Shown here: positions 15,541 through 29,624 of the stretch, in pieces | Position numbering within the stretch: the stretch's first letter is position 1 | How the letters are laid out: each line of letters starts with the position of its first letter | Origin: the human T2T-CHM13v2.0 reference genome, Homo sapiens | Strand: one strand, 5' to 3' | Assembly: GCF_009914755.1 (NCBI RefSeq) | Contig: NC_060940.1 | Length of the DNA: 64,000 bases | The notes under the pieces: generated by a model | The model's database searches: none | The model's input: only the letters and a program-made list of their open reading frames with translations | What the model was told of the DNA's origin: nothing | Program-made: the position numbers and the translations under genes

Positions 15541-15817
15541 TCTTTCTCTCTCCCTCTCTCTCCCTGTCTCTCTCTAGTTCTCTCTCTGTGTCTTTTTCTC
15601 TCTCTGTGTGTCTCCCTCTCTCTCCGTCTCTCTCTAGTTCTCTCTCTGTGTCTTTTTCTCTCTGTGTGTGTCTCCCTCTCTCTCCCTCTCTCTCTCTAGT
15701 TCTCTCTCTGTGTCTTTTTCTCTGTGTGTCTCCCTCTCTCTCCCTCTCTCTCTCTAGTTCTCTCTCTGTGTCTTTTTCTCTCTCTGTGTGTCTCTCTCAC
15801 TCTCTCTCTCCATCTCT
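15541..15817. repeat. CT-rich minisatellite, about 60-bp unit x4
   Basis: Four copies of tctagttctctctctgtgtctttttctc within a (CT)n context. Confidence 0.9.
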
Positions 15818-17394
15818 GTTGAAAACACCCACCTGGAGCTTCCAAGCCTGGCAAATACCACAGAAGGTCTACACTGGGAGCACCCGTGGTGACAGGCTAG
15901 CTTGCAGCCTGCCAGGCACTGAGGGCTCTACACATTCACTCTGAGAGTTAGGGAGCTGACTGTGCCCAGTTCACAGATGAAGAAACTGAGGCACAGAGGG
16001 CCCACAGATGGCACATGGCAAACGCAGGCTCCATCCGAGGTCAGGCTGCAGAGGCTGTACTTGGAGCCAGTGCGCTGTGCAGAGAGCTGCAGAGAGAGGA
16101 GGCAAGAAGACAGTGAAGCAGGAGGTGCAGGGAGCAGGTGAGCAAACAAATCGTGTGGAAATTGTGAGAACCCGTGAACTCGGGAGAAAACAGCCCAGAT
16201 CATCCCTTCACACTCACTTTGCATTAGAGCCATCCAGAAGGTTATTAAGGGTCATCCTCCACATGCAGCCCTGCAGGTCCTGCCTGAGCAAGCCAGGCGG
16301 GGGCTGGATAACTCCTGGGGGACCCAGCCTTGCAGTCGGGGCTAGGAACTACTGGACTAAATTGTCTCCACATTTGTCCCCTCCCCAGCATTCTAGCTCC
16401 TGAGGAGACGGTGCCCTTGCTGTCTCCTTAATGAAGTGCAAGCACAGCTTCTCGTGCCCATTTGTATATTCTACACAGGAAGCCGAGATGCAGAGGGAAG
16501 AGTGACAAGGCCAAGGTCACACCGTGACCTTCACTGGTGAAGCCAGGAACAGGTGCAGGCTCCTGCCTTGCTCTCTTTCCTCCGACCTCCAGCTCCAGCC
16601 TGACCCACCTGGGTTTTTCCCCTCTGCATGCAGAGACAGCAGCCTCCTTTACAGATACAGATGTCAAGACAGATGAACAGGTAAGAGGGAAAAGGCTCCA
16701 CGCTGGGGGCTGCTTGTGTCCCCCTGGGTCAGTCCAGCCTGACAAGGGGCCTTATCATTAAAGCCATGTCAGTCTACACCAGCCCCAGCAGCCGGCTACA
16801 TTTCTTGGACACCTTTCCAGGAAGACTTGCCAGCGGTGCCCGTGCAGGGCCCACCTGGGACACACTGGCCCCGTCCAGCAATCTGTTTCTAATTCCCTGA
16901 TGCAGGGCGATTTCTCCTCCTCCCTCGCTGCCGCGGGCTTCACATGCCTCAAGGATTACACGCTGAGTGAACTCTGTCCGCGAAGCCAAGGCAGCAGGGA
17001 GTGAGGACAACGCGTTCCATTGTTCCCCACCCGCCTTCCCAATGCCCTGATTGGCAAGAAAATGTCTCTGAGAGACGGATGGAAAGAAAACATTCCCGGG
17101 CTGAGGCCTCCCATCGGGCTGATCAGCCACCATCACTGGGAGCCGCTGGACAGATCTTCTGTTACCAAACAAAGCTCCCTTCTCCCTCCTTGGTCCCAGC
17201 TCCCAGGGAAATTAACCTCAAAATTGGGGGTGAGCCTTAGGGGACTGTTCACCCTGACTTCCGGGGCAGGCTACACTGCAAATACTCCCTCTGTCATCAT
17301 GAATCAATATAATTGCTGCCATGACCGTTTATGGAGCATGTCCTATGTACCAAGCATGGTGCCAACCTCTCCACACAACAATCACAACAATGGA

Positions 17395-17620
17395 GAACAT
17401 ACAAGAGGCCCTGGCGATGCACCAGGCTCCGTGGCATGTGCCTTCCATCTCATTTAATCCTAACGACACAACTTTGACGGCGGTACTGTTGTCGGTCCCA
17501 TTCTTTGCAGATGGGAAGACTGAGGCTCACAGAAGGGAAGGGAGCCCAGAGCGCACTGTGCTTAGCTAGTAACAGAGGAAGAAACTGAACCTGGGTCTGT
17601 CAGACTCCACAGCCCACCCT
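17395..17620 (-). mobile_element. MIR SINE
   Basis: atctcatttaatcctaac...cccattctttgcagatgggaagactgaggctcacag. Confidence 0.75.
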
Positions 17621-17860
17621 CCCAGCCACTTGCGGAAACTAAAAGGTCCTCCCCATTCTGCAGTGGAGATGCCTCTGTGTGTCACCCCTCACCGTCATCC
17701 CTAGTTTTAGCCAAGAACAGATCGACAGAAGCAAAGTGCTTGGCCTGGGCTAAAGTGGGGGCCTTGGTCGTGATGGGCAGGGGGCCGGGGCATCCACTGT
17801 GTGATTGACCCTGGCCACCTGCCCTGACGGCCGGGCATCCGGGCTGGAGCAGTGTCCACC

Positions 17861-18266
17861 TGGATGAGTCCTGGGGCTGTCAAAACAAAGGACCACAGCC
17901 GGAGATCAAAACGACAGAAAGTTATTCTCTCACAGTTCTAGGGGCCCAGTCCAAAATCACGGTGTGGGCAGGGTCGCGCTCCCTCTAGGGGAGGATTTTT
18001 CCTGCCTCTCCTGGCTCCTGGTGGCTGCCCAAATCCTGGGTTTGCAGCTGCATTGCTCCTACCTCTGCCTCCTCAACACACGGCTTCCCTGTGTGTGTCT
18101 GTGTACCTGAATTCCCTTTTCCTATAAGGACACAATCATTAGACTCAGGCCCACCCTAATCCGATAAGACCTCATCACATCTGAAAGGCCCCTCTTTCCA
18201 AATAAGGTCATCGTCTTAGGTTCTGCATGGACATGAGTTTGGGAGGACACAATTTGCCCCAGCACA
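17861..18266 (-). mobile_element. MaLR LTR (MLT1B/C-like)
   Basis: cagaaagttattctctcacagttct...ataaggacac...cccaccctaatc...tttccaaataaggtca. Confidence 0.8.
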
Positions 18267-19309
18267 CCCAGCAGCCATCTGTCCTTTGCCTCGGCCAGCC
18301 TTCACAGACGGCCCACCCTGTGCCGGGGTGTGTTTCAGATGCCGGTGACACAGCCCATTAAGAAGAGTTTCAGAAGCCCAAAGAAGGAAGAGAGCACTTG
18401 TGTCTGGGGATGGTCGGGGACAGCTGTGTGGTGAAGGTGACAATTGAACTGGGCCATGGACGGGGAGCAGGAATGTGCTGCATGGGTGGGCGAGGGTGGG
18501 AGGCAGCCAGGCCCCTCCAGGGTCAACAGCATACGGGTGCACACGGGGGTCATGTGTCTTCACTTCAACAGTTGGTTTTTCAAAAAGCCCCTTCTCTTGT
18601 CGCTGTCTATACCACCTGGCCAGCTAGTGACAAGCTCGGCAGGAAGTTCAAGGGTGCGCTGGACCTCCTCTCCCGCTGACCACAGGCCCTTAGCACATGC
18701 CCGTACACCTGTGGAGGTGACGAGGAGTCATCCCCTTCAGGGGCTGGAGGAGGGAAGGAAGCCGGGAAGGAGCCCACGTCAGCTCCAAGTTGCTCCTGAG
18801 CTTCTTCACCATTTCCCAAGCCACAAGCCTTGGTTACCCGCCTGCCGTGTCCATGCACTGTGCAGACAAGCACTTCCCCACATCCACCAGCAACTCCCAG
18901 GCCATGAGTTCCACCCGCAGGCTCCCTGGTCCCCCAGCGATGCCATGGAAATCCTTGTGAAACCTCAGCTGGTTGCCCTTCATCTATTCTTCTTATGTGA
19001 ACAAAACCACTCAGATTCGAATGTCTCCAGGCACCCATGCGACTTGTCAAGCTCACAGAGGCAGAGAGAGTAATGGAAGCTCTAACATAAACACCAGCCT
19101 CCCTCCAAGCAACCCCCCTCTCTCTATTCTCTAGGACACAGGCTGTGAATCTTGCGTCCCCAGGACTTGGTTTTAGGGGAAGACAGACTCTTGCAAATTG
19201 TTTGGAAAGCTGTGAGTGAATGGGGGACAGAGGGGAGACACTTCCTCAGAAGCCAGGTTCATGTTGTCCCCATGAGTGGAGTTCTTGGTGCTGGGACAAT
19301 GGTTGAGTG

Positions 19310-19500
19310 TCTCCTCTGCACTCTCCTAAGCCTTAACATATATAAACCTATTAATCATCACAGCACCCCTTTAGGAGAGGGATTCTTATTATTCCACTCT
19401 ACAGAAAAGGACAATGATGTCCAGAGAATTTAAGTACTTTGTCCACAGTTACAGAGTCTAGCAAGTCACAGACCAGGCTTCAAACCCAGAAAGCTGGCCT
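19310..19500 (-). mobile_element. MIR SINE
   Basis: attaatcatcacagcacccct...cacagttacagag...ggcttcaaacccag. Confidence 0.65.
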
Positions 19501-20359
19501 GGTCCTTCACTTCATGTCACTTCATGTCTCTGCTTCTTCTCTCTGCTTCCACCAACTGCCAGGCTAGAGGCTTGATGGTGACAGGGAATGAAGAGCACCT
19601 CAAATTCTGGCATCGAGAAGAAAAACAGGATGTGGGAGGAACCTGGCTTTCTGTCGTTGCTTTTACTTATAGAAGCACAAAAGCTTGTGTCAAGAGCATT
19701 CACTCCAGACATAGGGACCATGCCCCTCCTAGTCCACTAATCACAATGGCAACCATTACTGCTTTAGTTGAATTCCAGCTGGCTCAAGAACACAGGGGAC
19801 AGGAAGGTGCCCGGACCTTGACCCAAGAGACCTCCCTGTGAGCCCTGCCCTAGGTTCTGCCGTAGCCACTCCCAAGGCTTAGCTCCTCCCAGATTCTCTA
19901 ACAGGCACCCATCTGCTGGAGACCCACAAGAAAAAGGTAGCCCAGTCCAGGAAGAGGGCACTGTGGTACCACTCTGGGGCCAGCCATATTGGGTTGTTCT
20001 AGAACATTCTGAGATGCATACACCAACAAGTCATGGGTGAACAACTGCTCTGGGTCTCCTGCAGTGGCCAGCACTGTGCTGAATCCGCATGCTTCAAGAG
20101 TATGTCGGTGACCTGGATCAATGACATCACAGCCCAGAAAGTGTACCTGGGAATGAACGCCGGATCACACTGGACACTTGCCCTTCTACAGAGAGTGAGG
20201 AGAAGCCATTGGCATGAGGGTGACCCATGGAGGAGTTGGGGGTGGGGCGGGAATAGAACTGAAATTGGTGAAGGAAATGGGATTTCAAGTCAGGGAAGAG
20301 ACAAGGGGGGACGAGATATCAGTTTGGGGGAAGAGCAAAGCCAAAAATAAAGATGTTAA

Positions 20360-20659
20360 GGCTGGGCGCAGTGGCTCACACCTGTAATCCCAGCACTTTG
20401 GGAAGCCGAGGCAGGTGGATCATGAGGTCAGGAGTTCAAGACCAGCCTGACCAAGAAGGTGAAACCTTGTCTCTACTAAAAAAAAGATTAGCTGGATGTG
20501 GTGGTGGGCATCTGTAATCCCAGCTACTTAGGAGGCTGAGGCAGAGAATTGCTTGAACCCAGGAGGCAGAGGTTGCAGGGAGCTGAGATCACGCCACTGC
20601 ACTCCAACCTGGGCAACAGAGCAAGACTCCATCTCAAAAAAAAAAAAAAAAAAAAAAAA
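20360..20659 (+). mobile_element. Alu (AluSg-like)
   Basis: Dimeric Alu with long A tail; TSD aaagatgtta. Confidence 0.95.
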
Positions 20660-20675
20660 GATGTTAAAAGGTTTA

Positions 20676-21014
<339 letters not shown>

Positions 21015-21544
21015 CTACCTTTCCAGCTTCAAAATAATGTTGTGCATAGCTCCCTATAGGAGCAGAGGCAGTGATACCAGGGAGAACTCTCCTTTCCAGG
21101 ATGCCAAGAGCTCGCCGTTCATTCTCCCCACTCTGTGCCCTTGTCAGACCTCAATCATCAATCCCAGGCCTCTAGAAAGTCTTTGCCAGCTGATGAGACT
21201 TTGTGCCTGAAACAAAACCATTTTCTATACCTGCTTCACCCAGGAGATTTTTCCCCTTCTATATTTGCTCTTTGGTTGTTTATGGTCATAATTTCCCACC
21301 CTTTGGGCCACCAAATAGTTCCATGGCCTCTGCAGCAGTCTCCAGGCTGCCCTCCAGTCATTGGGGTAACACCTCCATGGTCAGGTTGTCTTTTTTTCTG
21401 AGTTATGCAGTTGGAACCTTGGACGCAAGTTGTCTTTGGTGGTTTTCAACCTTGGGATTTTGGACCAAATGCTGCCTTCTCTGTGACCCATTTCTTTCCA
21501 TCGAAAGGTGTGTGTAAGTCTTGCTGAAAAACTGAATCCAAGAC

Positions 21545-21893
21545 TGCTCTGTATTGAATCCATCCCCCAAAAAGCATGCGTTGCAAACTTAATCTTCAAT
21601 GCAACAGTGTTGGGAGGTGGGGCCTAATGGGAGGGGTTTAGGTCATCACGGCCCCACCCCCATGGAAGGATTAATGACAATTACAAAAGGGCCTGGGTCT
21701 GTGAGTTGGCCGCATTGCTGTCTCTGGCTCTCTTACACTTCTGCTGTGGGATGACACTGCCAGAAGTTCCTCACCAGATGCTACCCCTCGATCTTGGACT
21801 TCCCAACCTCCAGAACCATGAGCCAAATAAATTTCTGTTCATTATACATTTCCCAGCCTGTGGCATTCTGTTATAGCAGCATAAAATAAGACA
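21545..21893 (+). mobile_element. MaLR LTR (MST family)
   Basis: aacttaatcttcaatgcaacagtgttgggaggtggggcctaatggg ... cttggacttcccaacctccagaaccatgagccaaataaatttctgttc ... taagaca. Confidence 0.85.
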
Positions 21894-22557
21894 AGGACAT
21901 CACTGTCTAGAGGCTGGAATGGTGCTTTGGGCCAGGACCAGCAGTCCTGGAGCTGCCAAGTCTCCCAAAGGAGACCTTCCTGAAGTCTTCTCCATCAGAG
22001 TCATTTTGGTGCTATCTCCAAAACAGCATCATTAAAATGTAAAAATGCTACCCAGGAAAGGGAACCTCTGAGTCTTCTCACACCTGCCTGGTCAAAGCTT
22101 CTTTAGTTGTATGTAACATAAAACCGACTTGAGCTAGCTTAAGCTAAGAACGATTTTTTAAAAATAAAATAAGGTTAATAAAGAAGCTGAATTATTATAA
22201 GAAAAGACGGTGGGGCCTCAGCACACCCTGTGCAGCCACACAGGACATTGCCTCAGAGAGCCTCGGGCTTGGCTTAACACTCAGCCATTGCCATCTGGAA
22301 ATTCTTAACAACTTGACCTTTGACCAGCTCAACCCTGCTGGGAACCTCAGGAGATGGTATAGAACACTTCTCAGCATATCCCACCCAAAAGGTGAGGAAT
22401 TGGGGGTATTTATCTTCCAACTCCCATCCATGGCTGCTGAGGACCCCCTAGCACCCCTGGTCTGCCCATGTGTGGGCTGAGAGGAGCTATCAGGTGGGGA
22501 CAGGAACTGCCAATTGGGACATTTTTGGTACTTACACAAGGTCACCAGCATGCACTG

Positions 22558-22935
22558 TGTCTTAGTCCAAAATATCTGAGACTGGGTAATTTATAAGAAG
22601 CAGAACTTACCCTGCTCTGGAGGCTGGGATGTCCAAGATCAAGGTCCTGGCAGGCTTCATGTCAGGTGAGGGCCTGGACCCTGCTTCCACGGTGGCGCCT
22701 TGTTGCTGTGCCCTTCAGAGGGGAGGAGTACTGCGTCCTTAACTGACAGAGGAGACAGAAGGGCAAAGGATGTGGCTATTTCTCCAGAGCCTTTTATAAG
22801 GCACAGATCCCATTAACAAGGGAGGGGCCACGACGGCCTAATCACCCTCTAAAGTCCCCACCTCCAAATACTATCATATGGGGTCTTAGTTTCCAACACA
22901 GGAATCTAGGGAGATAGAAACATTCAGACCATCAC
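22558..22935 (-). mobile_element. MaLR LTR (MST family)
   Basis: tgtcttagtcc...gactgggtaatttataag...gtccaagatcaagg...acattcagaccatcaca. Confidence 0.85.
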
Positions 22936-23204
22936 AAGCTGAGCGTGAGAGTGCCCAGGGCACAGGCAGGGCAGTGGCAACCTCAGGCACAGTCAATCGC
23001 AGGAAGTAGGGAATGGATAACTAGGTGGCTCTTATGTAGAATGGTACCATTGAGAACGCCGCACCCAGCTGCCACCTTCCAATTCTAGGCAGGGTTTGAT
23101 GCTGAGACAAGCTAAGAATCTCAGAAACTCAGGGCCGCACCCTCCCACTCCACCGATGTGTGAACACATAGAACATAGCATTTCAATTATGCCACGCCCG
23201 GTCT

Positions 23205-23722
23205 CAAAATTCAGAATTAAATGCAAACTCACCCCCATTTCCAAGCACAAGGCCGGGTGCTTTGTGATCTGGGCCCCTGACCCCGACCTCTAACTCTGAC
23301 CCCTGTCCACCTCCCCCAGGACCCCCATGCCCTGCACTCCAGCTGCACGTGCCTTTTCTCACCCAAGCCCATTCCCACCTTTGGGTCCATCTAGCACCTT
23401 TGTCCTCTGCCTGCAGCGTCTCCTTCTCCCCGTCATGTCTGGATCCTTGTTATCTTCAGAGGGCAGCTCAGATGTCACCTGCTCAAAGGAGCCTCCACAG
23501 ACCACACTGGCTCCCCTCACGTTAAGTTCCAGCGAGGCACCCTGTTTCCACAAAAGCACACGTCACAATCGATCATTCAGTTTTCATTTATTTCCTTTCT
23601 AATCCCCTGTCTCTACACTCATGTCAAATCCCATGAGGGCAGGGACTGTGTTTTGCCCACCACTGCATCCCCAGAGCCTAGCACGGCTCCCTGAGGCACA
23701 ATGTTTGGAAAATGAATGAATG
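23205..23722 (+). mobile_element. L2 LINE 3' fragment
   Basis: cagctcagatgtcacct...catgagggcagggactgtg...ccccagagcctagcac...aatgaatgaatg. Confidence 0.75.
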
Positions 23723-23849
23723 CGTTTCACTTCCTGAAGTTTTCCATGTTTAAAGGGAACCTCCAGAAGGCACCACTAAAACAGAAAATATTTCAGGCAA
23801 AATGGCTGTAACATGTGGCAGCTAGCCCCCAGACATCCACGAGCTGGGG

Positions 23850-24332
23850 GGTTTAATGCTGCCCCAAGAATGGCCCCACCCGAACCCCTGGAACCTGTGA
23901 CTATGTTACCTTCTGTGGCAGAGGGGAATTCAGGTAGCAGATGGAATGGAGGTTGCCAATCTGCTGACCTTAAAATAGGGAGATTCCCCTGGGTTATCCA
24001 GGTGGGTCAAATGCAATCACAAGGTCCTTAATATGGAAGAAGGAGGCTGAATAGAGAATCAGAGAACGATGTGATGACAGAGGCTGAGGTCAGAAAGATA
24101 CAATGTTGCTTCAAGATGAAGGAGGGGCCATGAGCCAAGGAATGCAGGCGGCCTCTAGAAGCTGGAAAAGGTAAGGAAGGGATTCTCCCCTGGAGCCTCC
24201 AGAGGAACTAGCCCTGCCCACACCTTGATTCTAGCCCAGTGAGACGCAGGTCGGACTTCTAGCTTCCAAAACTTGTGTTGTTTTCAGCCACTAAATTTGC
24301 AGTACTTTGTTACCACAGCCATGGGAAGCATG
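23850..24332 (+). mobile_element. MaLR LTR (MLT1D-like)
   Basis: cctggaacctgtgactatgttacc...gaccttaaaatagggagatt...gagccaaggaatgcaggcggcctctagaagctggaaaagg. Confidence 0.85.
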
Positions 24333-24344
24333 CACTGTTAACAG

Positions 24345-24530
24345 GCTTTCTCTAAGCAGATACTAACTCACTTGATTCTCGCAGCAGCCCTGCGCAGGGG
24401 TACCAGTGCTATTCTTATTTTATGGATGAAGAAACGGAGGCATGGAGAGCTTAAGTTGCTGGCCAGGTTCCACCGCTAATGAGGGCAGAGCTGGGGCCAT
24501 AAGCCAGGTGGTGGGCTCTGGAGTCCATGC
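24345..24530 (-). mobile_element. MIR SINE
   Basis: attttatggatgaagaaacggaggcatggagagcttaagtt. Confidence 0.65.
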
Positions 24531-25425
24531 TGGTGCCAACCGTACGACGATGGCCGCCAGGGGCTCTGCAGGGATTGAATGAGGTCACAGGGGGAGGCAT
24601 GTGCCACGTGGCAAACCATGTGGCCTGTAGGATTGACTTCATCCTGCTTAAAAGGCCACCGACTTTCCTCTTCCGGAGTGATACCGCACGGCTTTCCATC
24701 GCTGTCCTTGGCTCGGGGGACATTGGTAAGCAGATGACTTACTGGGCAGTCACGCTGTCGCAGAAACGACGTGGGCTTGGGACCGGTGACAGAAGGCCTG
24801 GGTCAGAACTTCCACGTTCCCCACGACTGCGGGACCTTGCCAAGCCCTGTGTGTGAGTGCCCCGCAGATCACCTTCAACGCACGCCTGCCTCTCGTCACT
24901 CAGAAGTGCCTGCGGCTGCACCATCTTCTTCCTCCTGAGCCCTGATCCACTGCCCTGTGAACTTCCAGAGCCAACGTGGTTCCTGTTCGCCCCTGTCCAG
25001 CAAAGAAGGAGGAGTCGCCTCCTGAAAGTGGGGGAGCTTTGGTCTTCCTTGCCCTGCCCCGCGTTCAAGTGATACACAACATGTGGATGTTGAGATGGAT
25101 TTTCTCCTCAAATGATCCCTCCAGGAGGGCAGGCTGAGCGCTGTGAAAAGCAGCTGTGTACTCATCTAAGGAGAGGGCCGGCAGCCATGGAAAACAGCCC
25201 TGCCCGGCTCCCTGCGCGACACAGACAGCCCCTCAGCCTCACTTCCTGCTGCCTCTCTCCCCGGGACCCTGGCGCCGGTTGCGTTCTGCTCTGAAAAACA
25301 AGAAAGGATTTCGGTGAGAAGCAGGAGGCAGTTGAGCTCTGCAAAGGGGCTCTGGGTTTTTTAAAAATTAAAAATTAAAAATAAATTATCAGCGACTTCA
25401 GGGAAAAAAGCATTTCTCTCCAATC

Positions 25426-25897
25426 CAGGCACTGTTAACCTTCTGGGGATCTCAGACCCCTCTGGAAGTCTTACAAAGCCAATAAGCTCTTCTCAGAATG
25501 TTTTCAAATGTATAAAATTTGTGAAATTACAAAAGAAACAATTACATTGAAATAGTTATCAAAATATTTTAAATTGTGATATAGTCAGATGTGTGCTTTT
25601 TTAGAAACATGGATCTCACAGAGAGTCTAATAACGTCCTTACCTCGAAGTAGCACTTGAGCTCAAATTACAGTTTGGAAAAGCAGCCATGGCTATATATG
25701 ATGAGAAAAGATCTGTGATTTTGTTGGTGACAAAATGACAGATTCTGCTAACGTGATTGGCTTGTTGCCTATGTCCATCATGGAAGGAAAAGCTAAATTT
25801 CAATTGGGCCTTAGAGAAGATAAAGATGCGATCATTTTCCCTCCAGTTTCACCAGTCCCCTAAATTATCCCATGGATATGTTGGTTAGGACTCCAGG
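25426..25897. mobile_element. MER119-like hAT DNA transposon
   Basis: gttaaccttctggggatctcagacccct...ttctcagaatgttttcaaatgtataaaa...gttatcaaaatatt ... ggttaggactcc. Confidence 0.6.
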
Positions 25898-26254
25898 GAT
25901 AATCCGAACACTCCTGACTGTCATTTGAGTCTTGCTCAGTGAGTTAACAAGAGAAATCCCTCAGCAATAAACCTGCAATAAAATTCAGGCGAGCACACGA
26001 AGTCTATGAGATTCTAAATTTTCTGTTTTAAAAAAGGCACCCTCAGAGAAGGGGAAAAGCTTGAAACAAATTTGGTTGTTATTTCTAAGTACAGTAGTCA
26101 GAGGAGTTCTTTTTTTCCTTTTTTGTTCATCATCTATATGTCATTTTTATTATTAAACTGGTAGCGTAAAAAGGGGGCCTTCCATAGATAGTGATGACTA
26201 TAAGCAGAAAGCTTTCATTTTAACATTCTACAAGAGTACTGTTTGGATGATCTA

Positions 26255-26673
<419 letters not shown>

Positions 26674-27185
26674 TTAATTAATAAGATTTGGACACTGAAC
26701 TTGGACATGTGATTACCTTGGACAAATTGTTAATTAATTAAAAGCTAATCATTCAAACTATAAAAGAAAAATTATGACTCATTTGGGAAATGCAAACATT
26801 GTTTGCATATGGGATGATATTGAGTAACTATTGTTACATATTCTAGGTGTAATAATAATATTATGGTTATGTTAACAGGAAAGGTCCTAAGTGTACAGAG
26901 CTTCTGTGCTATTACTCACAAATGCATGTGAGTCTATAATTAGCTAAACATAAAATGTTGCATTAAAAAAAGAGAGAGCTCCTTATCTTTTAGAGATACA
27001 TATTGAAATAGCTAGACGTGAAAATATAGATCATGAATTTGTTTCAAAATAGTGCTACTTGGGGTTGTCAGGGTAGAAGTATAGAAATAAGATCGGTGAG
27101 GGGATCTCTGTTAATATTGGGTGGTGGGTACACAGAACTTTGTTATACTTTTGTATATACTTGAAATTTTCCATAATCAAACTTC

Positions 27186-27326
<141 letters not shown>

Positions 27327-29297
27327 TAAATGCTCACCATTTTGAAAAATGAATTGGAGAAGCAGTAATAAGGAAAATTGCAGAAGGTAATCAGGTTTCT
27401 AGAAAAATTAAGTTTGGTGCTTTGAAAACTCAAGAAAGAAAGAATCCCTGTATTTGCCACTGTTCTCCTTTTGTTTTATAAGTTGAGGGAGTTTTAATAA
27501 ATAAACTTATCGTCGTTACTCCCCACCTAACACAAACCAGCACCAAAGGGGAAGAAAGCCTGCCCAATGTTCAACTGTAAGGCAGCTCGGCTTTCAGAAT
27601 GCCCCCCGGGGGGTGCAAAGGAGTCCTGGAATCCAGACGCAGCCTGGGGCCCCAGGCCTGCCTCAGCCACGGGCAATCCCTTCCCCACTCCAAGCCTCAG
27701 TTTCCCCACTGTCGGACTGAGGAGTTTTGCACTGCACAAGCCTCTAGGCTTCTTTCCAGCTGGTGCACTCTGTGATCATCGGAGATGTGTTTACTTGGGC
27801 CCTAGCTGAGCAGGGCCCAGGCCCAGAGCCTGCAGGCCGCCCTCCATCACGCAGGCTCTGACACATCCCAGGGAAGTTACAAGTCCCCGCTGCTTCCAAA
27901 ACCATGGCGCTCCACGCCCCACTGCAGCCCAGCATGCGAGGCCGGGCGGAGGTTTCCATATGAATGCCTCTCAGGTTGCCCAGGGCTGGCCTGAGGGTGT
28001 TTACAGGGACCTGACGGTTGAGGGGAGAGGGTGTGAGCAGCATCGGGCCCCTCTCAGGCCTGGCCGGTGGGCGTCCCCCATCCTTTGGGCCTCACTGTGC
28101 CCTACCTGCCCGCACCTCCCAGAGCCCTGGCTCATCTGCTCCTGGGTCTGTGCCAGCTGTTCCTGGGAAGTGACCTGGGAGGCTGCAGACTCATGGGACC
28201 TGGCAGTGGCCAAGAACAACAAGGGCTTCATGGGGGCCGCTGGCAGACGATGAGGCACAGGCAAGGCGTGGGCCCCGTGGGGTGCCCTTGACCCTCTTAC
28301 ATGGGCCAAATTCACACCCAAGCCCTGCAGGCTCTGAGACGGTGTGGCTCGCCTTCTCGCTACATTCAGGAATCTGGCTCATTCTGCCTTTTTGGGCTCT
28401 GGACATCCTGGCCCCAAACCACCACTGCATCCTGACCTGGAAACCTCCCCTAGAAGCATCTTCCTTAGGAACAGACATTCTCCAGCAATGGTTCCACAGA
28501 AACACGACCTCTGGGATATCTGCGGGCACTACACTACCAAGGGCCTACAGTGCAATGAGTCTGGGAAACGCCGAGTAAAACAAAATGACACGTGTCTTCC
28601 CGCAGGCCTTCTCAGAGCATTTACTGCGCCAGCGTGCGTTGTGAATTTCAACCACTGAGAGGGGCACGTGGGATGTAGCATGGCCTCTGCTGATCTGACC
28701 CCTGAACTTGGTTATTAATCAGCATCTCATGGACTGATGGTCTGTGTACTTCAGGAAATACAACTTCAGACAGTAATCCTCTCCGCTGGTGTCAGCATGT
28801 AACAATCAGAGGCTGTGGGGAGGTTTTCAGTGCCATTCTGTCCTTTCATTTGGAGTTTGCGGGGTTTTCTTAGTCAATCCCATCCACCCTGGCGCTGTAT
28901 TTTGGCAACTGACCTTTTCAACCCAAATGCAGGACTTATATTGTCTGTACTGATCTGCTTGGATTCCTGTCCCAGTGACTCTGACAGTCATGGCTGGGGC
29001 CACATCTGTTCTTAAGAGTGAGTGTTTTCTGGCCTCCAAACGTTCAACCACTTGAGAAAATTTTACAGAGCCCCTCATGTATGCAAGACCCTGGGCAGGG
29101 AATTGTCAGGCCGATAGGGGATGCACAGAGGATGTCCCACCCACCGAAGCACAGCAGGTCCCTCTCACTCTGCTTACGCCTTGTGACTATCCCAGCCTAT
29201 GGGACCTCAACAGTAACTTTGGAAATAACCAGAAGATGTTTCACTAAAGCAAGGAGTTCAATCCCACAAGTCTAAGATCAGGGCCAGCAAATAGAAA

Positions 29298-29624
29298 GGC
29301 AGAGGTGAGGAGCTGCTCACTTTATCAGTTTCAATCACAGGCAGGGGTGAGGAGCTACTGGCATTAGCTCCAGTCACTGGCAGGGGTGAGGAGCTGCTCA
29401 CTTTATCAGTTTCAATCACAGGCAGGGGTGAGGAGCCACTGGCATTAGCTCCAATCACAGGCAGGGGTGAGAAGCTGCTCACATTCTCAGTTTCAATCAC
29501 AGGCAGGGGTGAGGAGCTACTGGCATTAGCTCCAGTCACGGGCAGGGGTGAGGTGCTGCTCACATTATCAGTTTCAATCATGGGCAGAGGTGAGGCGCTG
29601 CTTGCATTCTCAGCTCTAGTCACC
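29298..29624. repeat. Higher-order minisatellite with alternating 42-bp and 39-bp units (81-bp period x4)
   Basis: Unit starts at 29298, 29340, 29379, 29421, 29460, 29502, 29541, 29583, all beginning ggcag(g/a)ggtgag. Confidence 0.95.

Noticed and set aside
18444-19073. 209-aa ORF
   Set aside because: Non-ATG start, no recognisable domain, overlapped by similar ORFs on both strands as expected in GC-rich DNA
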